Below, piece by piece: positions 1 to 8,436 of a DNA stretch of 64,000 nt. The translations under genes and the position numbers were made by a program. The notes under the pieces are model-generated. The model saw only the letters and a program-made list of their open reading frames with translations, was not told the DNA's origin and ran no database searches. Location of the stretch: assembly GCF_035084215.1 (NCBI RefSeq), contig NC_090354.1:24614001-24678000 (forward strand), read 5' to 3'. Source of the DNA: Heptranchias perlo. Its lineage: Eukaryota. Within the stretch, counting starts at the first letter, position 1. Each line of letters opens with the position of its first letter.

Positions 1-1175
1 AGCAGTGGTCTTAATACTGACCCCTAAGTGATACCACTGCACACTTCCATCCAGTCTGAAAAACAACCACTCAACGCTACTCTCTGCTTTCTGTCACATA
101 GCCAATTTCGTATCCATGCCACCACTGCCCCTTTAATTCCATGGGCTTCAATTTTGCTAACAAATCTATTATGTGGTATTTTATTGAAGGCCTTTTTAAA
201 GCCCATGGACACGACATTAACCGTACCACCTTCATTAACTCTCTCCGTTACTTTGTTAAACAACTCAATCAATTTAGTCAAACATGGTTTGCCTTTAACA
301 AATCCATGTTGGCTGTCATTTATTAACCAATATTTTTCCAAGTAACAATTCATTTTGTCTCTGATCGTTGTCTTGAAACGTTTCCCCACCTCCAACATTA
401 GACTGACTGGCCTGTAGTTCCCTGGTTTATGCCTCGCCCCTTTTTTTGACGAGGGTGTAACATTTGCAATCCTCCAGTCCTCTGGCACCCCTCCCACATG
501 TAAGGAAGATTGGAAGATTCTGGCTAGAGCTTCCATTATCTCCATCCTTTACATCCCTCAGCAACCTGGGATGCATTCAATCCGGCATGGGTGACTTTTC
601 TACTTTGAGCACTGCCAACATTTTAAGTGCCTCCTCTTTATCTATTTTTATCCTATTCAATTTCTCTACTACATCCTCGTTTACTGTGACATTGACAGCG
701 TCCTCTTCTTTAGTGAGGACAGATGCAAAGTGGTCATTTAGTCCATCACCCATGCACTCTGCCTCCACAAGAAGGCCCCTAATCAGTCACACCTATCCTT
801 TGACTAACCTTTTACTATTTATATGCTTATAAAAAACATTTGTGTTCCCTTTTATGTTACCTGCTAATCTATTCTCCTACAATGTCTTTGCCCCTCTTAT
901 TTCCTTTTTCATTTCTCCTCCGTACTTTTTGTATTCAGCTTGGTTCTTGACTGATGGTTTGGATGCCCTTCCTTCACCCTCATGGGAATGTGTCTAGTCT
1001 GTACCCAAATGATCTCCTCTTTGAAGGCCCCCGTTGTTTATTTACTTTTTTACCTGCTAATCTGTGAATCGAATCCACCTGGGACTGATCCCCTTTCAAC
1101 TCAGTGAAATTAGTCCTCCTCCAGTTGAGTATTTTCACGTTTGATTGTTCCTTGTCCTTTTCCATATCTACTCTA
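1..1175 (-). mobile_element. Decayed CR1 LINE (ORF2/RT) in intron 2 of copy 0
   Basis: ORF 24..545: [49 protein letters not shown], all CR1 RT motifs; frameshifted. Confidence 0.9.
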
Positions 1176-1227
1176 ATCCTAAATGGATTCAGGCCTCCTC
1201 TAATGTCATTGTGTGTATTTTGCTCAG

Positions 1228-1663
1228 ACCCAGGACAGGATCCAGATTGTCCATCAAACACTGCATCACATCAACCAGATCTACAGTATGAACCTGGACT
1301 CAGTCACATGGCCCCAGGACAAGGTGGAAAACTTTCAGCTTCTCTTGGATCGGCAGCTCGAAGAGCTAGAGGAATGTGTCAAGAAACCGGTCTCAGAGTC
1401 CAGGCCGAGGAGAAACGATTCTATTCACAACTACTTCAGGAATCTGGAAACATTTCTCAAACAGAAGGTGGGACAATTGACTGTGTGATTATTGACAGTT
1501 CATTTCACCCAATTTAAATCTGTTCATTCTCTAATGTATTTCCCTGAATATTTCTCTTTTTTAGAGATTCAGTGTCTGCGCCTGGGAAATAATCCGCGCC
1601 GAGACCAGGGCCCGTTTACAACAGATCCTTTTCATAATGGCACAAATCAGAAGAAGGAAGTGA
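1228..1663 (+). CDS. IFN: Type I interferon copy 0 (divergent paralog), 3' part only: join(1228..1467,1565..1663); exons 1-2 lie upstream of the window
   Basis: Acceptor tgctcag|ACC at 1228, donor AAG|gtggga after 1467, acceptor ttttag|AGA at 1565, stop TGA 1661-1663. Translation [80 protein letters not shown] / [46 protein letters not shown] is the type I IFN signature. Confidence 0.93.
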
Positions 1664-2129
1664 AGACTTTGCAAAGACAATAGAGAATGGGAACAATTAA
1701 TATTTATTTAAAAGTCTTTCTATTTATAAAAAATATTTATATTTCAACAGACATTATATTGTAGTGCTGTAATGAGGCGATTTGCAGCCAAGTTTCTGAT
1801 GGAGAACAAGGAATGTCTTGATATTTTTCTATTTTCAATTATTTATTTTAATTTATTGATATTTATTGTTGTGATATGTTCCTGTGATGAATGTTAAATG
1901 TTTCACTGGGGGGAGATTGAGAAAATCCCGTTTCTGTTCCTTCGTTTATGGACTGGCAGCTGCTACAATGAAAATTTTCATTTTAGGTTCGCACTATAGG
2001 GCACCTTATTCACTGGCTGGTTTTCCAGTGTCAGCTCTCTGTACTTGCCCTCCCGGCTGACACTACTTTTGCTCTTCATCTCATCTGACTTCAGTCATAT
2101 TTATTGTCATGATGTCTTCATACAATAAA
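1664..2129 (+). promoter_or_regulatory. 3'UTR with AU-rich elements and poly(A) signal, copy 0
   Basis: ATTTA clusters at ~1700-1870; AATAAA at 2124-2129, duplicated at 2556-2561. Confidence 0.7.
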
Positions 2130-2132
2130 ATG

Positions 2133-2552
2133 TAAGGAATCTTACAACACCAGGTTATAGTCCAACAATTTTATTTTAAAATCACAAGCTTACGGAGATT
2201 ATCCCCTTCATCAGGTGAATGAGTGAAAGATTCTCAAATCGCATATCTTATATTAGGCTGGGACAGCATCACACCAATCAAAAGGTGTCGTTGTTGTTCA
2301 AACAGGCCAGTCACGGAGAACAGCACGTCCGAGTTCACTGGATATACATTGTGTCAATTACACAGACAGAAAGAAAGAGACCCAAATTGCAGTAAGAGAG
2401 AGAGAATATTAAAACACAAAACTTTTTTTCCCCCGTGGATAATCTCCGAAAGCTTGTGATTTTAAAATAAAATTGTTGGACTATAACCTGGTGTTGTAAG
2501 ATTCCTTACATTTGTCCACCCCAGTCCATCATCGGCATCTCCACATCATGGC
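2133..2552. mobile_element. Penelope-like element remnant with 77-bp inverted arms and a 12-bp flanking direct repeat
   Basis: 2128-2204 is the reverse complement of 2437-2513 (1 mismatch). Flanked by TACAATAAAATG at 2121-2132 and 2553-2564. The minus strand reads CTGATGA-AGGGG-ATAAT-CTCC-G(T)AA-GCTT, a hammerhead-like core. Confidence 0.7.
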
Positions 2553-2721
2553 TACAATAAAATGATACAGTTTGTACACAATGTGTAAAGTCAAAAATAA
2601 GAAGAGTAATCTTGAAGATTTTCCAATGTCACATTTAATACTGACTTTAAATGCACTGAATATATAAAATATTATATTTTATGTATATGAAAGGTATTAT
2701 TAATTTTACAATGTTGTTAGC

Positions 2722-2776
2722 TTGGCTCAGCAGTAACGCTCTGAGTCAGAAAGTTGTTGTTTCAAGCCCTACTCCA
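2722..2776 (+). mobile_element. tRNA-derived SINE head fragment (homologs at ~13867-13920, ~28466, ~43111, ~58017)
   Basis: TTGGCTCAG...CTCTGAGTCAGAA.GTTG..G.TTCAAGCCC.ACTCCA has A-box and B-box-like spacing; no full cloverleaf. Confidence 0.55.
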
Positions 2777-2959
2777 AAGCAAAACTATTTCATTGCCATT
2801 CAGCTTTGTGAGGCTCCTTATTCCAGTTGCTGATCTTCCAGTGATAACTCTCTGCTCTCGGTTGCCCTGCCAATACCCAGCTCGGTTACTGGGTTTCAGA
2901 GTGTAGTTGGGATTTCAAGGGTTGGGCTCCAGACCGATGGTCCCTGACTGCCTCCTTCC

Positions 2960-3161
2960 ACCTCCATAACATCACTCGACTCCACCCCGCCTCAGCTCAT
3001 CTGCTGCCGAAACCCTCATCCATATCTTTGTTACCTCTAGACTTGACAGTGCTCTCCTGGTCAGCCTCCCATCTTCCACCCTCCATAAACTTGAGCTCAA
3101 TCAAAACTCTGCTGCCCGTATCCTAACTCGCACCAAACCTTGTTTACCCATCACCCCTGTG
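2960..3161 (+). mobile_element. L2-type LINE RT C-terminal fragment
   Basis: Conceptual translation with frameshifts: LHNI.RL....SSSAAETLIH.FVTSRLD..LL..LPSSTLHKLE..NSAARILTRTK....ITPV. Absent from units 1-4. Confidence 0.7.
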
Positions 3162-3591
3162 TAAACTGTGTTCAAAAATAAATGTTAATTTATTGATATT
3201 AAGAGTTGGGGAATAGACAATATTTTTCTGAACTGGAAACTTTTTATACTGAATGAAAATGAGGGTGTAAATAAATTGTTTTCAATATTATAATTTAATG
3301 GATGATATTCATTTCCTATTTGTGTTTGTCAGATTCTCATACTATAAATGCTCTGGATTCTCCTACCTGCTGCCTGTTACTTTAACTCTTTCTCTGCTAT
3401 ATTACTCTCCCTTCACTGTCTGATTGTCCCTATCCAGTCTAAGCCTGTGATCCTTTTTTGAACCCAATGGACCAGATTTTTGAACTCCAAGACAGTAACA
3501 CAGTTTTACTCTTCTGCTACTCAACTCCTTATTCTTCACCTGAATGAGAGAGGATCAGGGCTGAGGTGTGGAGCAGGAAAGGGTAATTCAA

Positions 3592-4325
3592 AGATAGAAT
3601 CATAGAATGATATAGCTCTGAAGGAGGCTATTCGGCCCATCGTGCCTGTGCCGGCGCTTTGAATGAGCGATCCAATTAGGCCTACTTTCTTTAAGTATTT
3701 ATCCAATTCCATTTTGAAAGTTATTATTGAATCTGTATCCATCACCCTTTCAGGCAGTGCATTCCAGATCATAACAATTTACTGCATAAAAAAAATTCTC
3801 CTCATCTTGCCTCTGGTTCTTTTGCCCATTATCTTATATCTGTGTCCTCTGGTTACCAACCTTCCTGCCACTGGAAACAGTTTCTCCTTATTTAATCTAT
3901 CAAAACCGTTCATGATTTTGAACATCCCTATTAAATCTTCCCTTAATCTTCTCTGCTCTAACAAGAACAATCCCAGCTTCTCCAGCTTCTCCACGTAACT
4001 GAAGTCCCGTATCCCTGATACCATTCTAGTAACTCTCTTCTGCACCCTCTCTAAGGCCTTGACATCCTTCCTGTGTTATGTTGCCAGAATGTCCTCCTGA
4101 TGTCTGTTATTATCCTCCTCACTGTATATACATTTTTGAGTTTCGTGTCATCTGCAAACTTTGAAATTGTGCTCTATATACCCAGGTCCAGGTCATTAAT
4201 AAAATGATAAAGAGCAATGGTCCTAATACTGACCTCTTGGAACTATTGTATATTTCACCCCATTCTGAAAAACAACCATTCACCACTATTCTCTGCTTCA
4301 TATCCATAGCCCATTACATATCCAT
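3592..4325 (-). mobile_element. Decayed CR1 3' fragment
   Basis: ATAGAATCATAGAAT tail (reverse of the ATTCTATG repeat); ORFs [24 protein letters not shown]. Confidence 0.85.
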
Positions 4326-5410
4326 TCTTATAATTGGAGACATTAAATGGAAAGAGACATTCTGAGATACTGAGAGGGGAGGAAGCTTGGTGGATCATAC
4401 GCAGAGTATAGAAGAGGAAATCAGATAATGAGCGGAAAGGACATCAGGCAATGAGTGGGGAGGGGAATGATTGGAGAGTGGGAATGAAAGTCTCTTATGT
4501 GGCATCTTATCCTGCAGCTTCTGAAAATCCATAACCATAACACTGAATACATTCCTTTCTTTATATGTGTGGCTTTGTTGAAAAAGTTAATTAAATTATC
4601 CAAACACAACCTGTCCTTTACTGCCCTTAATGGGCCCACATCTTTTCAAGTGTTCACTAATTTCATCCCAGATTATGAACTCAATATATTGGCCTGTCGC
4701 TGAGTTAAGATTAAAAGGCCTATTATTTCTTGCCACCCTCCAATCCTTTCATCTTTCAGCCACGTTAAAGTTTCAAACTCCCTTCCCCGTGCCCCATTTT
4801 TACTCTCTTTACACTTTCTTTTATATATTTATCTCAATACTTCCATTCTACATCCTCATTTTCAAATGAATAATACTGATGAGGGATCTTTGCCATTTAT
4901 TCACACTCAAGTGTAACATGTCCTCATTTATCTATATGTGCTCCCGGCCCTGCACAGACTATCATTACACTTTTTATTAACAAATTTCACCAGGCTTTAC
5001 CCACAGTCAGTTGATCAATATACATTTTTGATATGCAAGATTGGGAGACTTCAGAAACTCATTCCACAGAATCACCTCATTACCTGGAGTGAACCTTTAC
5101 CTTAGTTTTAGTATTCCCAGAAGGTGAAGAGCTCAAACTCAGCTCCAGATAGTCCCAGTGAGTGGAGACCGGAGTTCCGGCTGTGAATTCTACGCTGTCA
5201 TCCAGCCAGCTACTGGTGTCCGGTGGGTGTGGGTACTCCCCCTTTGTATGGGTTGTGGGAGCCCAAAAAGCCTTCCCGTTGTATAGGATCAATGACATTA
5301 TCAGCTGGTATAAAGGTGGTTACGGACATGGAAAGAATGTACCAGTGCGGCCTGTCAGACTGTGAATCCTTCCACGACTGCACACTATTCCCTCCAATGG
5401 GAGAATGTGA

Positions 5411-6503
5411 ATCATAGAAGTTACAACATGGAAACAGGCCCTTCGGCCCAACATGTCCATGTCGCCCAGTTTATACCACTAAGCTAGTCCCAATTGCCTG
5501 CACTTGGCCCATATCCCTCTATATCCATCTTACCCATGTAACTGTCCAAATGCTTTTTAAAAGACAAAATTGTACCCGCCTCTACTACTGCCTCTGGCAG
5601 CTCGTTCCAGACACTCACCACCCTTTGAGTGAAAAAATTGCCCCTCTGGACCCTTTTGTATCTCTCCCCTCTCACCTTAAATCTATGCCCCCTCGTTATA
5701 GACTCCCCTACCTTTGGGAAAAGATTTTGACTATCTACCTTATCTATGCCCCTCATTATTTTATAGACTTCTATAAGATCACCCATTAACCTCCTACTCT
5801 CCAGGGAAAAAAGTCCCAGTCTGTCTAACCTCTCCCTGTAAGTCAAACCATCAAGTCCTGGTAGCATCCTAGTAAATCTTTTCTGCACTCTTTCTAGTTT
5901 AATAATATCCTTTCTATAATAGGGTGACCAGAACTGTACACAGTACTCCAAGTGTGGCCTCACCAATGCCCTGTACAACTTTAACAAGACATCCCAAATC
6001 CTGCATTCAATGTTCTGACCAATGAAACCAAGCATGCCGAATGCCTTCTTCACCACCCTATCCACCTGTGACTCCACTTTCAAGGAGCTATGAATCTGTA
6101 CTCCTAGATCTCTTTGTTCTATAACTCTCCCCAACGCCCTACCATTAACGGAGTAGGTCCTGGCCCGATTCGATCTACCAAAATGCATCACCTCACATTT
6201 ATCTAAATTAAACTCCATCTGCCATTCATCGGCCCACTGGCCCAATTGATCAAGATCCCGTTGCAATCCCAGATAACCTTCTTCACTGTCCACAATGCCA
6301 CCAATCTTGGTGTCATCTGCAAACTGACTAACCATGCCTCCTAAATTCTCATCCAAATCATTAATATAAATAACAAATAACAGTGGACCCAGCACCGATC
6401 CCTGAGGCACACCGCTGGAAACAGGCATCCAGTTTGAAAAACAACCCTCTACAACCACCCTCTGTCTTCAGTCGTCCAGCCAATTTTGTATCCAATTGGC
6501 TAC
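5411..6503 (-). mobile_element. Young 5'-truncated CR1 LINE with uninterrupted 324-aa RT C-terminal frame (5484..6458)
   Basis: SGVPQGSVLGPLLF.IYINDLD...FADDTK...RPHLEYCVQFWSP...TRGH..K...WN.LP; 3' tail TTCTATGAT on the minus strand. Confidence 0.95.
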
Positions 6504-7379
6504 GAAAATATCACCCTCATGGCCAGAGGCTGCAACTACATCATGACAGTTGAAATATTAAACTTGAATTGCAAATGTGGACATCGCAATTTACAATGGG
6601 AAATGTTGACAATAAACTTCACCAAAATTTGTGACAACAGGAAGTAAGAGTTGTGGCCAAAATATTAGTCGATCTCCCATAGTGATTCACATGGGGAGTT
6701 CAATGGGCAGGTTTGCCCCCATATTCGTCCCCTTTGGATCCCTTACCATTTCATCTTCCCACCACTCCCTCCTCTACCTCCTACCAACTCACTCCCAACA
6801 ATATTTTCATTTGAACTATCTGAGCCAGTGGCCAGATTATGAAATTAGACTGTAAAGTTCAGATCGGCAAGAGATATAAATACCGGCATAGCAGTTTAGA
6901 ATGGAACAAAGTTAACACAAAAGGTTTGACACAAATGTGACATCACGAAGTCAAGTTATTTAGCAGGAAGTGTGCACAAATGTAAATGTATTCATACATT
7001 ATAGAAAATGTGCTCATAAGAGTCCTTGCTATTTCCTTGTGTGTTGCCCACCAGTGTTTTTCATACTCCCTCCTAAACTTCCTGATACCCCTTTCGCCTC
7101 CCTTCTGAACTATTAATAATTCTTACAGCATTAGCCTAATATTATAGACTTTATAAAATTTTGGTTTTACCTAAAGCTCTCTCCATAACCATTCACCCCA
7201 GGATTGGATGGGCAATTAAAATTGCAACACAGTAACTCCTCAATGTGATTGTTTAATTCAAGCCCAAATCACTCACTGCCGCTGTCCACAGGTGGTGCTG
7301 GTGGGATTCGGTCCCAGATTCACTCATGGAGAAGTTTTTGTTTGTAGTTACAGCTGAGAGTGATTTTGTGATGTTTCCC

Positions 7380-8436
7380 CAGTAACCGGGGTATCCCGGA
7401 TATCCCAAACCTTTTCCCAGCTCCCCCTCACTCCCTCTCAGGGTGATCCGTTCTGTTTACAAACACTCCTCAATTTCGGAAATGACGAGACTCGTCACTT
7501 TCCCTGAGGCACTTTCGCTTTCGGTGAAATTGACACAAGGCTCATTTTCACAGACAAACTGACACGGACACTTTCCCGGGAGAGAGAAAAGAAAGAAACG
7601 ATGAAAGAAAAGGAGTCGGTTCTTCCTTCGGATTCAGAGTCCGAGCAGATCAAATATTCTTGGAGAACAAAATCTCAAGAAACCTCCAAAAAAACAACCG
7701 AGAAATGAGGAACTTTTTATACTTAAAGAGCAGAATCTCCGACAGGGGAATCGGACAGACAGCATCAGACCGTGACCCTGCACTGTGAGCCGGGCTCTCT
7801 GCAATGTCCAGCCCGCGAAGTGTGAACAGTAAAAGCACGATGTGAGCACACCGGGGAGAGAGTGGATTTAAAAGGGAATCGCTCTCCATGGAGCCGAATG
7901 TCAGCACTAAAAGCCGCGGCACCGGGATCACCGCTGTCGGTGTCACTATAACCCGGATTATAAAATACAGCCCCCAATACATGTCCGCACTCCCCCAATA
8001 CAGACTCTGCCCCCGACACCACTTCAGTGCTGCCTTGATTCGAATCCAGACAACATTGAGCTGGGACCGAGCGCTGGTTGTGATCTTCGATGGGGGATTT
8101 TCCAGTCGCTGGTTCACGAATCTCCAGCTTTTAGATTCCTCACCTCAGAAAGGAACCGCACAAATTATTGCTCTCCTGCGGCCAGATTTCACTTTTCGAA
8201 TGTAATCCAAACATTCCCAGTCTCTCCTCTTAAAGCCGACAGCATGGCAGTGAGAGCTCCCAGCAGTATCCAGCCACACACCCACAGGACTCGGCAGCTC
8301 AGGCAACCGCTCCGGGATCACAAGCGGCGACATTTCGACTTCCAGAGTTTCATTCAGAACCGTTTTCGGAGCTGAACCGCGATCCGCTCAGTTTCTCATC
8401 CTTCAAATCGGCGTTTTACCCATGGGTCGGTTGAAC
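7380..8436 (+). promoter_or_regulatory. IFN promoter/5' region, copy 1 (IRF/ISRE-like and NF-kB-like sites)
   Basis: GGGGTATCCC 7388-7397 and GGGATTTTCC 8094-8103 match GGGRNWYYCC. ACTTTCGCTTTC 7511-7522 (reverse GAAAGCGAAAGT) and TTTCACTTTTC 8187-8197 (reverse GAAAAGTGAAA) are IRF-E/ISRE-like. GAAA repeats at ~7586-7612; TATAAAA 7959-7965; TTAAAG ~8230; locally CpG-rich. Confidence 0.75.

Noticed and set aside
5484-6458. 324-aa RT ORF as a functional gene, retron or other RT-based system
   Set aside because: 5'-truncated CR1 ORF2 lacking endonuclease and N-terminal RT, with no true ATG start and a typical CR1 tail.
7634-8333. Overlapping ORFs of 60-155 aa on both strands in the promoter (repeated in each unit)
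   Set aside because: No recognisable domain; length varies by frameshift or stop between units; recurrence simply reflects the recent duplication.
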